Assembly (NCBI GenBank): GCA_965262115.1 | Contig: OZ253496.1 | Coordinates: 1,216,001 to 1,280,000 of the forward strand | From: Nitrospinales bacterium | GTDB lineage: Bacteria > Nitrospinota > Nitrospinia > Nitrospinales > VA-1 | Direction of reading: 5' to 3' | DNA length: 64,000 bases | Shown here: in pieces, positions 9,328 to 18,794 of the stretch | Layout: every line of letters starts with the position of its first letter | Position numbering within the stretch: the stretch's first letter is position 1 | Program-made: the position numbers and the translations under genes | The notes under the pieces: model-generated | Database searches by the model: none | Told to the model about the DNA's origin: nothing | Seen by the model: only the letters and a program-made list of their open reading frames with translations

Positions 9328-10782
9328 CTAAACCATGTCCTTCTTTTTGATTTTTTCTATCTCTTCCCGGATCACCTTGCGGGCAATTTCCGGAGTGACC
9401 TCTCTCACCACCTCACGGATGGTTTTTAAAATCACATCAGACAATCCGGAAACCTCTTTTTCCAGCGAAGTGCCCAACGATCTTTTCAATACCTGCTTAA
9501 CCTCTTCGGCAATGGCTTGAGTGAAGCGGTCATCCTCGGAATCATACTGCCAATTTCTCGAAGGAAAATTGCGCGGATCCAAATCCCGGTCCTGATCGGA
9601 AAATCCGGGAATAGCATCCAGATTTTCTTTTATGTCTTCTGGAGTTGCAGGGCGTTTGCCCACCTCAGAAAACGCACCCGGCGCTATATGCTTTAAAAGG
9701 TCTTCCGGCTCCGGAACAATGCCTCCCAGCGATGATAATGCAGGGGGCTTCTCCTCACGAGTGGCCGAATCTGGCCTGCTCCCCATGGCAAGTTCCTTGA
9801 ACGCAGAATCCAATTCATCCATATTGTCCATTCTGCGTTTGCCCACTTCGGCAAAGATCTCCGGCCCATCTGTATAGCCCAGATCTTCCGGTTCATCCGC
9901 ACCGGACTCCGCAAAAGGAAAAGCCTCGGCCTCTTCTGCGGCTGGATCGGGAGACTGAACAGACTCTTCAAGCTCTTCAACACCACGGATCATTTGATCC
10001 ATAATGTCATCATCATTCTCGGATTGCAGGGTGGGCACTTGCAGTTCTTTGTCTGGTGCAAGAGGATCATCCAGAAAATCAGAGAGCTCCATCGGTTCCA
10101 TCAAACCTTCTCCGGACAAATCCAAAGCCCGATCATCCGCCGGCGACTCCACAGACTCAGGAAGTGCCAGTTTTTCATCCACCAACGCGGGAACTTTATC
10201 TTCGAGCGATTCCCCTTCATCCACCAAATCTGAAATTTCCGTTCCATCTATCGAAAGTTTTTCAACCGAATCCAATAACTCCTCAAGACTGGGTTCCTCT
10301 TGCGATTCCGGCACTTTCAGGTTGCTTAAAATTTCTGCAGCCTCCTCTGTTTCTTCCACCGGCTGTCCGACGATTTCCGAGTCGGAAAGCAACGCGGCGT
10401 CTTCATCGCCGGATGAACCTTCCAGCAGACTTTTGACCATGGACACAATATCGTCCGACTTGAATGGTTTCGAGATATGGTTATCCGCACCGCAAGCCTG
10501 GTAGCGCTGTTCATCAAAATCTTCAAAGTCGCTGGCCAGCAGCAGAACTTTGATGCCCCTCGTTTCCGGAGCTTCTTTAATTTTCGCGCTCAACTCAAAA
10601 CCATCCAACCCCGGCATACCAACATCGGCCAAAACAATATCGGGATTAAATTCCGCAATTCGATCGAAAGCCTCCTGGCCATTGCTAATGCCCTCAACCT
10701 CCATGTCCTCATTTTCAAAAGCCATGGAAACAATTTTTTGGATGGTGATGCTATCGTCAGCAACTAGAAGTCTGGATGCCAT
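9328..10782 (-). CDS. Response regulator: receiver, long acidic linker and RomR-like C-terminal helix
   Basis: LLVADDS...DVGMP...KPF receiver; ~300-aa acidic linker; IREVVREVTPEIARKVIREEIEKI tail; directly upstream of valS. Confidence 0.85.
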   Translation of the reverse strand: MASRLLVADDSITIQKIVSMAFENEDMEVEGISNGQEAFDRIAEFNPDIVLADVGMPGLDGFELSAKIKEAPETRGIKVLLLASDFEDFDEQRYQACGADNHISKPFKSDDIVSMVKSLLEGSSGDEDAALLSDSEIVGQPVEETEEAAEILSNLKVPESQEEPSLEELLDSVEKLSIDGTEISDLVDEGESLEDKVPALVDEKLALPESVESPADDRALDLSGEGLMEPMELSDFLDDPLAPDKELQVPTLQSENDDDIMDQMIRGVEELEESVQSPDPAAEEAEAFPFAESGADEPEDLGYTDGPEIFAEVGKRRMDNMDELDSAFKELAMGSRPDSATREEKPPALSSLGGIVPEPEDLLKHIAPGAFSEVGKRPATPEDIKENLDAIPGFSDQDRDLDPRNFPSRNWQYDSEDDRFTQAIAEEVKQVLKRSLGTSLEKEVSGLSDVILKTIREVVREVTPEIARKVIREEIEKIKKKDMV

Positions 10783-10865
10783 GAAACTCAACCCTTCGGG
10801 ATTTGGAAAAGAACTTCGGATGGGACCGGCGGCTCACTCCCGCCCACTAGCGAGCCCACTCCCGT

Positions 10866-11056
10866 GGGAGGGAATATAGCAAGAACATTTAGGCCGAGAT
10901 AACTCTTTCTTGCCAAATAAGGCTATTGCTCACTGGATCCAGCGTCACGCTGGCACCGAGTGGCTACTCGCCGCAGGGGCAACTGGCAAAGCTCGTTAAG
11001 CCGAGACAACTCTTTCTTGCCAAATAAGGCTATTGCACACTGGCCCCACGCCTAGC
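10866..11056. repeat. Two tandem copies of repeat family B (44-bp near-identical core at 10893-10936 and 11000-11043)
   Basis: GCCGAGA(T/C)AACTCTTTCTTGCCAAATAAGGCTATTGC(T/A)CACTGG twice; inverted homolog at ~47856-47935. Confidence 0.9.
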
Positions 11057-11239
11057 GGGGAAAACCATTCAAACTCAACCAGTTGAGTATACCATAAAAT
11101 TTCTGACCCTGAAAAAATTTAGGATCTGCCCTCATTTAGACCCTGAAATTATCGATAAGTTTTAGATAGAGTGTGTCCGAACTCTATGTTTTAATAGAGA
11201 TAATATTTTAAGGATCAGATAGTTGGAGGTTTTCAGGCT

Positions 11240-13003
11240 TTGATTCGTTTGCTGCGGGTTTCCCATTCCATAAAAAAACTTGTACCGCGATGCGGGGGCA
11301 CCCTGGTTTTGCTCGGCGCCTTGTTGACCGTATTCCCTTCCAGTGCATTAGCTCTTTATATTCAAGTTGATGGAGTCGCTGATATCAAGTCCAACTTCAG
11401 CGAAGGATGTTCGTCCATCACCGATATTGCCAATCAGGCGGAACGCCAGAAAATAGATGTGGTCTTGTTTGGGGACTTTGCCCGCAATTCCATTGAATTC
11501 GGAATCAAACCGTTTGAAAGGATTTTTAAAAATATCACCCATGGGTCTTCGGTGCTCGACCGGGGAGTGGGGGGGTATTTATCAGAAATCAAGGATAACG
11601 ACCGCCAGTTTGAACGCACTTTGTTGATTCCCGGAGTGGAAACTATCCCCTTTTATTTCTGGACCGGAAGCAACTACGATAAAAACCTTACGGCCCATAA
11701 CTGGGACAAACATCTGCTGGTTTTCGGAATGGATTCCGCTGAAGATTACGAGCAGTTGCCCTTGCCCAACAGTAATTTCTCCAAAAAATATACCCATGAG
11801 CTTCTCAATAACTTCATAGTTATCGGGTTCATCTTTATGGTGATGGTCGGGGCCGTCTACAAAGGTCTTTTTCGCAAAATCACAGTGCCACTCATGTTGC
11901 TCTTCGCCCTGCTGACCTTGAACAACCATCCCTTTCAAAGTTCTCCTTTTGATCCTTATAATGGAGATCAGGGCATGGAGCCTTATCAAAATTTAATAGA
12001 TTTTGCCACCTCCAAAGGCGCGTTGGTTTTCTGGAATCATATGGAAACCGCTTCCGGTATCAGCCAGAAAGGCACTACCGTTCTGGAAACCCTGCCCTAC
12101 CCGGATGATCTGTTAAAAACACAAAACTATACCGGGTTCCAGGCCGTGGGTGACGAACCGATCGGTCAAACCGATCCGGGCCAGCAATGGGATCAGGTGC
12201 TCATGGAATACCTGAATGGAAATCGGGAACAACCGGTTTGGGGTTTTGGCAGTAATGATTTTCTTTGCGAAAATCAAGAGGGAGATGGCCTGGGATCCGT
12301 GCGCACCATTTTTCTAGTGCGGGAAAGAAACAGCGACACCGTACTTGATGCGATGAAAAAGGGAAGAATGTACGCCGTCCGCCAGGCCGATGCCAACCGG
12401 CTCTCGCTCGACGAGTTTGTCGTCGAAGACCAGAACGACAACCAGGTCACGATGGGAGAGGAACTGGTTGCAACCGACTTCCCCGCCATCAATTTGAAAC
12501 TTCGCTCTGTAAAGGGAGGAAACAAGACCGCCCAAATTCAGATCATCCGCAATGGGGTTATCGTTAAAGAAGAAACCGTTTCCCTGCCCTCTGAATTGAC
12601 TTGGAGGGATGTCGGCATAGACCGAAAAGAACCCGTTTATTATCGAGTCATGGCAACGGTCTCCCCGCAAGACCATCTGGTTTCCAATCCTATTTTTGTA
12701 AAGTTTGCAGATAATATAGGGGTGGAGATCGCTTCGGCCCCAACATCCGCGCCTGCTCCCGCACCTCCGGCAAAACTCCTGACGGTCATGCTTGATGGAG
12801 TGGAAATGAAAAAAGGGCCGGGAGAGATTTTCCCCAACATCACCAAACTCCGCAAAGGTCAGGAAGTCAGTTTCGTGAGAAGAACCAATATCGAGCTCAA
12901 CCACAGGAACTGGCTGGTGGTCAAGTATATGAACCGCTCCGGCTACATCTGGGAAGGCGTTCTCAAATGGTCCGGCGACCAGCATGACGCTGGACTCAAT
13001 TAG
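11240..13003 (+). CDS. Exported/membrane PHP-like domain protein with C-terminal SH3b-like domain
   Basis: Signal-like N-terminus; PHP-like pattern (D..SEG, IPGVE, WNH, GSND); two internal TMs; Pro/Ala linker; MKKGPG...WLVVK...GYI. Confidence 0.7.
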   Translation: MIRLLRVSHSIKKLVPRCGGTLVLLGALLTVFPSSALALYIQVDGVADIKSNFSEGCSSITDIANQAERQKIDVVLFGDFARNSIEFGIKPFERIFKNITHGSSVLDRGVGGYLSEIKDNDRQFERTLLIPGVETIPFYFWTGSNYDKNLTAHNWDKHLLVFGMDSAEDYEQLPLPNSNFSKKYTHELLNNFIVIGFIFMVMVGAVYKGLFRKITVPLMLLFALLTLNNHPFQSSPFDPYNGDQGMEPYQNLIDFATSKGALVFWNHMETASGISQKGTTVLETLPYPDDLLKTQNYTGFQAVGDEPIGQTDPGQQWDQVLMEYLNGNREQPVWGFGSNDFLCENQEGDGLGSVRTIFLVRERNSDTVLDAMKKGRMYAVRQADANRLSLDEFVVEDQNDNQVTMGEELVATDFPAINLKLRSVKGGNKTAQIQIIRNGVIVKEETVSLPSELTWRDVGIDRKEPVYYRVMATVSPQDHLVSNPIFVKFADNIGVEIASAPTSAPAPAPPAKLLTVMLDGVEMKKGPGEIFPNITKLRKGQEVSFVRRTNIELNHRNWLVVKYMNRSGYIWEGVLKWSGDQHDAGLN

Positions 13004-13125
13004 AAAAAATTTTCTCGGCTTAAGAAGATTTACCTCTTTCTAAAACAGGGCCGGAATGATTTACATTCAGTGGTTTGTGTTCTCTTCATGTATCAAGCTT
13101 AATCCAAAAATGCGAGAACATGCTC

Positions 13126-13171
13126 ATATCCCTTCCCTTCATAGGGAGGGGCAAGGGGAGGGTTTGCTGGT
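13126..13171 (+). repeat. REP-like palindromic repeat, left arm of the inverted pair around the PLD gene
   Basis: 41/46 identical to the reverse complement of 14462-14507; third copy near 51375-51416. Confidence 0.9.
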
Positions 13172-13237
13172 CTCTGATTTTTTTAACTATGCCCTTCTGG
13201 AAAAATAATCTCAAAACTGTCAAGGTTTGTTAGCATA

Positions 13238-14405
13238 ATGAACTTCCAACTAATCGACTCTGAGTGGGACGACTTATTTAGAAGATCTCTGACTAAAAAC
13301 CATTCTAAGCTTAGAATTATTTGTCCTTTTATCAAAAAGAGTGTCGCTGAATGGCTTTTAACATTTGGGAAACCCCAGGTTCTTCAGATAATCACTCGCT
13401 TCAATCTTAGGGATTTTTGTGGTGGCGTCAGTGATGTATCGGCCCTCAGGTTGTTATTGGAAAATGGCGCGGAGATTCGGGGAGTCCGTAATCTTCACGC
13501 GAAGGTTTATCTCTTCGATAAGGACAGGGTAATTGTTACATCTGCGAACTTAACTAATGCCGCTTTAAGGAAAAATCATGAGTTTGGTTTTGTTTCTGAT
13601 GACTCAAAAATCCATCATACCTGTATGAAATATTTCCAAAATCTATGGAAACGAGCTGGTTCTGACTTATCCATAGATCGTTTGGCGGAATGGGAAAGCA
13701 AGTTGAATAGTGTTGTCATCGCTGGTTCGCGGCCTTCCTTATCGGGCAGTTTGCCTGATGAAGGTGCCGATGCAGGTGTGCCTGCGCCCCCTTTTGTTGC
13801 CCCCTCATTAGTAGAAGAAGCTTCGCAGGCATTCGTAAAATTCTTTGGTACTAGTGCTACACGATCTCTACGAACGACACTCATTTTTGATGAAGTTAAG
13901 AGATCAGGCTCTCATTGGGCATGCACTTACCCCCTGGGAAAGCGTCCCAGGCAAATCGCGGATGGTGACGTCCTCTTTATGGGAAGGTTGGTGAAAGAGC
14001 CAGATGACATTATTATATATGGTCGGGCAATAGGCATACGCCACCAAGAGGGGCGTGATGATGCAACATCTGATGACATATTATATAGACCCTTTAAGAA
14101 GAAATACTCCCATTATAAGAGTTCATCACGCTGAATTTATGGCAGGCGAACTAGAAAATGGTGTGTCGCTCAACAGATTAATGCAGGAACTCCAAGATTA
14201 TTCATTTGCATCGACGAAAAGGAACTCTGAAGCGGGAAAAGGCAATACCAATCCCCGTAGTGCGTATTTACAGCAGGCAGGGGTAAAGTTATCTGACGAG
14301 GGGCACAACTGGCTGAAAAAAGAGTTGGAAATTGTATTCGAGAATTACGGAATGCTGGGGCGAAAAGAACTTGAGAAGTTAGACTGGCCCGAGGTGCCTA
14401 AATGA
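13238..14405 (+). pseudogene. Phospholipase D-superfamily (HKD) nuclease, restriction-endonuclease-like, frameshifted near 14117
   Basis: LHAKVYLFD and TSANLT...NHEFG motifs; reading continues in a second frame (IRVHHAEF...WPEVPK). Confidence 0.85.
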
Positions 14406-14461
14406 CTATTTGCAATTGAGCAATCAACCCCACTTAACCACACGACTAATGAAAACCTCAA

Positions 14462-14507
14462 ACCATCCAACCCTCCCCTGGCCCCTCCCTATGAAGGGGG
14501 GGGATAT
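14462..14507 (-). repeat. REP-like palindromic repeat, right arm
   Basis: Inverted copy of 13126-13171. Confidence 0.9.
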
Positions 14508-14545
14508 TCGAGCCAAAACCCCTGGCGGTCAATCACCCCAGCCCT

Positions 14546-14667
14546 TGTGATATTTCTTCCTCAACTTTCATGCCCGGTACGGGTACTTTGTAAAAGAGGG
14601 GTTCATTGAAGCTCCCCCTTCTATGAAGTATCCGTTCTGGGCACGAGGGCCAGGGTTAAATATCACG
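14546..14667. repeat. Two oppositely oriented copies of the ~39-nt mini-element (14546-14585 +, 14629-14667 -), each interrupting a palindrome
   Basis: TGTGATATT...TGCCCGGTACGGGTA; removing 14629-14667 restores the perfect stem CCCCCTTC-TAT-GAAGGGGG. Confidence 0.85.
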
Positions 14668-14708
14668 GGGGTTTGGGGGGATTTGATTTTCCTGCTTTTC
14701 TCAAAGTA

Positions 14709-16706
14709 TCACTCCGCGCTCTCAATTCCTTCTATCGCAACTGTCAATTCGTCCCATTCCTGCATCAGGATTTTCTCCTCCGCCTTTAGCGTTTTCTGTT
14801 CCTGCAAAGTTTCCAATAAAAAGGTTTTCTGGTCTTCCTCATAAATACCGACATCGGTAAACCGCGCTTGCAGGGCTTCATTCGTGGACATTAAAACCTC
14901 TAATCGGGACTCCACTTTAGCTAATCTCGTTTGCAGGGGTTTCAGGTTTTTATAGCGCTGGTTGCGTTCTTCGGCTTCCTTTTTTTTTCGCTCCCTGTTC
15001 AACTGCGACGAAGAAAGTTCCTTCCCCGGGCCTGAAGAAACTTCAACATCCTGAACCTCTTTTGATTTCGCCCATTCATAGTCACTGTAATGGCCGGGAT
15101 ACTCCTTAACCGCTCCCCCTTCCACTTCCCACACCCGGTTGATAAATCCATCGAGAAAAAACCTGTCATGAGAAATGACGACCAGACTGCCTTCATAATC
15201 CGAGAGCACCGCCGCCAAATGTTCACGCGACCGCATATCCAGATGGTTGGTCGGTTCATCAAACAAAATCAGTGAAGGCGGAGAACCGCCGCCGGTAACT
15301 GGCAAAGACTTTTTACCGCTAGTAACCATTCTTCTCGGCTTAACAGGCTCTTGCAAGTTGCCACCGCACAACATTCGCGCCAGGGCCAGCCGGGAGCGCT
15401 CCCCTCCTGACAGGACAGAAACTTTTTTCTCCACATCCTCCCCGGTAAACAAAAACGCCCCAAGAATATTTCGTTTTGCAGTGAGCAGGAGCCCCGGCGC
15501 AGACTCTTCCAGTGATTGAAAAACCGTATGGTTGAAGTTCAACGTCTCGCCCTGGTGCTGGGCAAAATAGGAACGGGAAACATTAGCACCAAGTTTTATT
15601 TCCCCTTCATCCGGATGAAGAGCACCTGCCATCAGTTTCAGGAGGGTGGATTTCCCCGCGCCGTTCTCACCCACCAGCGCCACTTTCCAACCCCTTTCCA
15701 AATTGATGAAAAAATTCTGGTATACATTGAGGGACCCATAACTTTTGCAGACCTCCTTCACCTCCAGAACATGACGCCCTGTTCTCACCGGCTGAGGAAA
15801 ACGAAAGTGAATCGTTTTTGTACCCTGGGTCGTTTGTACCCGCTCCATTTTTTCCAGCATTTTTATCCGGCTTTGCACCTGGGTGGCCTTGGTGTTTTTG
15901 GCGCGAAACCTTTCTATAAACCGTTCCACCTCGGCAATTTTGCGGCCCTGGTTAGCAGCCTGGGACTCCAGCAACTCCGCCCTCTCCTGCTTCTGCTTTT
16001 CGTAGTCATCATAATTTCCGCTATAAACCGAAAGCGATCCACGGTCCAACTCAATGATCCGGCTTGCCAGGGAATTTAAAAATCTGCGGTCATGAGAAAT
16101 GAGCAAGACACTGCCCTCATAAGATTTCAGAAACGATTCCAGCCAGACCACCGATCGCAAATCCAGATGGTTGGACGGCTCGTCCAGCAGCAGGACATCG
16201 GGACTCTGCAACAACAAACGCGAAAGCTCGCACCGCATTCTCCAGCCACCGGATAACTGGTCAAGCGGTTGATCCCACTTTTCAGGTTTGATTCCCAGTC
16301 CCAGAAGGATGATTTTTGCCCGAGCCTCTCGATCATAGCCTCCCAGACGTTCAAACTCGTGTTGCAGGTCTCCATATCGTTCATGATAAGTCTGGTCCGA
16401 TTCCAACCGCTCCATTGCAGTTTTTACTTTAAGAAAATGTGGATCGCCCAGCACCACCCTTTCGAGAACCGTTTCGCTTCCCCCTTCCAGTTCCTGTTCC
16501 AGCAAACCAAAACGCAGGCCCTTTCTAAGAGTCACCTTGCCTGCGTCCGGCAGGGTTTTTCCTGTTATCACTTTAAAGAGCGTGGTCTTGCCGGTACCAT
16601 TTTCACCCACCAGCCCCACCTTCTCCTTGGGACGCAGGTGGAAACTGACCTCCTCAAAGAGCACCTTGGAACCAAATTGTAAAACTACTTTCTCAACAAA
16701 TATCAT
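14709..16706 (-). CDS. ABC-F family ribosome-associated ATPase (YheS/Uup-like) with an in-frame repeat insertion
   Basis: Two ABC domains (GENGTGKT, LSGG, DEPSNHLD; GENGAGKST, DEPTNHLD); inter-ABC linker; no TM; C-terminal coiled coil. Confidence 0.95.
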   Translation of the reverse strand: MIFVEKVVLQFGSKVLFEEVSFHLRPKEKVGLVGENGTGKTTLFKVITGKTLPDAGKVTLRKGLRFGLLEQELEGGSETVLERVVLGDPHFLKVKTAMERLESDQTYHERYGDLQHEFERLGGYDREARAKIILLGLGIKPEKWDQPLDQLSGGWRMRCELSRLLLQSPDVLLLDEPSNHLDLRSVVWLESFLKSYEGSVLLISHDRRFLNSLASRIIELDRGSLSVYSGNYDDYEKQKQERAELLESQAANQGRKIAEVERFIERFRAKNTKATQVQSRIKMLEKMERVQTTQGTKTIHFRFPQPVRTGRHVLEVKEVCKSYGSLNVYQNFFINLERGWKVALVGENGAGKSTLLKLMAGALHPDEGEIKLGANVSRSYFAQHQGETLNFNHTVFQSLEESAPGLLLTAKRNILGAFLFTGEDVEKKVSVLSGGERSRLALARMLCGGNLQEPVKPRRMVTSGKKSLPVTGGGSPPSLILFDEPTNHLDMRSREHLAAVLSDYEGSLVVISHDRFFLDGFINRVWEVEGGAVKEYPGHYSDYEWAKSKEVQDVEVSSGPGKELSSSQLNRERKKKEAEERNQRYKNLKPLQTRLAKVESRLEVLMSTNEALQARFTDVGIYEEDQKTFLLETLQEQKTLKAEEKILMQEWDELTVAIEGIESAE

Positions 16707-16715
16707 GAGGTGTCC

Positions 16716-17687
16716 TTAGCGGGTTGATCTCAGTTTCGGGTTGAACACTTCGCGCAGCCCTTCCCCGCAAAGATTGAAGGCCAGCACCACAAACAGGATG
16801 GTGAATCCAGGAATGAACGTCAGCCAGGGAGCATCGAACAGAAATGTTTTGCCATCGGCGAGAATATTGCCCCAGGTCGCATCCGGAGGTTGCACGCCGA
16901 AACCCAGAAAACTCAAGCTCGATTCGGTCAGGATGGCCGTGGCCACACCGATGGTGGCCGAAACCAGGACCGGGGCAATGGCGTTAGGCACCATATGGAT
17001 AAAGATGATCCGCCATTCAGGAATCGCCTGGCTTTTGGCGGCGACGACAAAATCCTGATCGCGCAAAGACAAAAATTCTGCCCGGACGAAACGGGCTATT
17101 CCCATCCAACTGGTCAGGCCAATCACGATCATGATGTTGTAAATGCTCGGCGGCAATAACGCGACCACCGTCAAAATCAAAAAGAAACTGGGGAAACAAA
17201 GCATGATATCGACAAAACGCATGATCAACGTATCCACAGTGATGAACCCCAGTTTCACCCTGCCATAAAATCCCGCCAGGCCACCCAGGAAAATCCCCAC
17301 GGTCAGCGATATACCCACCGCCACGAAGCCCACCGTCAGCGAAACAAAACTGCCTTCTATCATACGGGCAAACACATCCCGGCCCAGTTCGTCTGTACCC
17401 AATAAGTAGATACCCAAAACCGGCGCATCTTCTTTGGGAGTGATCTTACTCGTGTAGGGAGTGAGTGGAGGCAAAAACTTTTCTGACAACCTAACAATTT
17501 TTGGATCAAAAACAACGATGTTCTGCGTAAAAATTTTACCCATTATGGCCAGAGCAAATAATGCCATTAAAAACCAAAAACTGGCATAGGCCATGCGGTT
17601 GCGCTTGAGAAGTTCCCAACGCTCCTGGAACAAGCCTGTGGAGGGCGGCAAGGCGTAGGCTTCCAGGCTGGCGATCTGTTCGTTCAT
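16716..17687 (-). CDS. Peptide ABC transporter permease (OppC/DppC-like)
   Basis: LGTDELGRD; FVVAAKSQA EAA-loop; ESSLSFLGFG. Confidence 0.95.
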   Translation of the reverse strand: MNEQIASLEAYALPPSTGLFQERWELLKRNRMAYASFWFLMALFALAIMGKIFTQNIVVFDPKIVRLSEKFLPPLTPYTSKITPKEDAPVLGIYLLGTDELGRDVFARMIEGSFVSLTVGFVAVGISLTVGIFLGGLAGFYGRVKLGFITVDTLIMRFVDIMLCFPSFFLILTVVALLPPSIYNIMIVIGLTSWMGIARFVRAEFLSLRDQDFVVAAKSQAIPEWRIIFIHMVPNAIAPVLVSATIGVATAILTESSLSFLGFGVQPPDATWGNILADGKTFLFDAPWLTFIPGFTILFVVLAFNLCGEGLREVFNPKLRSTR

Positions 17688-17795
17688 AAAATTTTCCTAA
17701 GAGGGCCTCTGATCATTCGATCTTTCCCATTGGGCAAATCGCTACCCTTATTTTTAAGGGCCGCTCGTGGCCAAAAACAGTTTTTAAAAATGCCT

Positions 17796-18755
17796 TTAAA
17801 ATTTTATGCGCGGGTCTGCCACGCCGTATAAAATGTCAGAAATCAGCGTACCCACCAAAACCAGAACGGCTGAAAAAAAAGTCAGTGTCAGAATGACCGG
17901 AAAATCCCGCGCCAGTATGGCTTCGAATCCCAATCGTCCCATCCCCGGCCAGGCAAAAATGGTTTCAAAGATCACCGAACCGCCAATCAACCCGGGAATG
18001 GCCAAGCCAAACATGGTGATGAAAGGCAGGAGAGCATTACGCAATCCATGACGGTAGATGACCTGATCCTCGGGAAGTCCTTTAGCCCGAGCAGTGCGCA
18101 TATAATCCTGATGAATCACTTCCAGCATTTGCGAACGGACGTAGCGCGACAAGACAGCCATTCCACCTATTGCCGAAATCATCGCGGGGAGTGTCAAATG
18201 CCACACTCTGTCCATGGATCGGAATAATAGCGGAGCGTCTTCCAGACCAAAGGTTCTCATTCCAATAACAGAAACATCAAAAGTTTTGACGATGAAAATG
18301 ATTAACAAGTAAGCAAGAAAAAAACCAGGAATGGAAATCAGCGCGTAAGAAATAAAAGTGCTGGCTTTATCAAATGCCGAATTACGGCTTAAGGCCGCTT
18401 TAATTCCAATAGGAAAGGCTAGAAACCAGATCATCATCATGCTGACAATGAATAAGGGAACAGAATTGAGGAACCGGTCCCAGATTTTTTTCAAAACCGG
18501 CTGGTTATCTTTGAAGGATTTGAGTTCCCCGGTAAACAGGTCTCTCACCCAAAAAACATATTGTACGTGGAGCGGCTCATCCAAGTGGTAGGCTGCCCGA
18601 ATACGCTGAATGTCTTCCGCTTTCATCCTCGGGTTGGAAGGATCCACCAACTCCGGTTCTCCCGGAGCCAGATGAATCACCGAGTGTGAAATAATGGAAA
18701 TAAAAACCAGCAGGATAACCCTCTGCCAAATGTTTCGAATAATAAAGTTGATCAC
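17796..18755 (-). CDS. Peptide ABC transporter permease (OppB/DppB-like)
   Basis: DYMRTARAKGL; ETIFAWPGMG; DPRI; start uncertain (18755 GTG or 18776 TTG). Confidence 0.95.
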   Translation of the reverse strand: MINFIIRNIWQRVILLVFISIISHSVIHLAPGEPELVDPSNPRMKAEDIQRIRAAYHLDEPLHVQYVFWVRDLFTGELKSFKDNQPVLKKIWDRFLNSVPLFIVSMMMIWFLAFPIGIKAALSRNSAFDKASTFISYALISIPGFFLAYLLIIFIVKTFDVSVIGMRTFGLEDAPLLFRSMDRVWHLTLPAMISAIGGMAVLSRYVRSQMLEVIHQDYMRTARAKGLPEDQVIYRHGLRNALLPFITMFGLAIPGLIGGSVIFETIFAWPGMGRLGFEAILARDFPVILTLTFFSAVLVLVGTLISDILYGVADPRIKF

Positions 18756-18794
18756 TATTGCCTCTACCGTCAACAAGAAGTTATAATTTCGGTC

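Noticed and set aside
10893..11043. Possible mini-CRISPR (two 44-bp repeats with a 63-bp spacer)
   Set aside because: Only two units, no cas genes, and the unit belongs to dispersed repeat family B.
14709..16706. ABC-F as the ATPase of the adjacent peptide permeases
   Set aside because: It has ABC-F features (DEPxNHLD, inter-domain linker) and lacks OppD/F-specific features.
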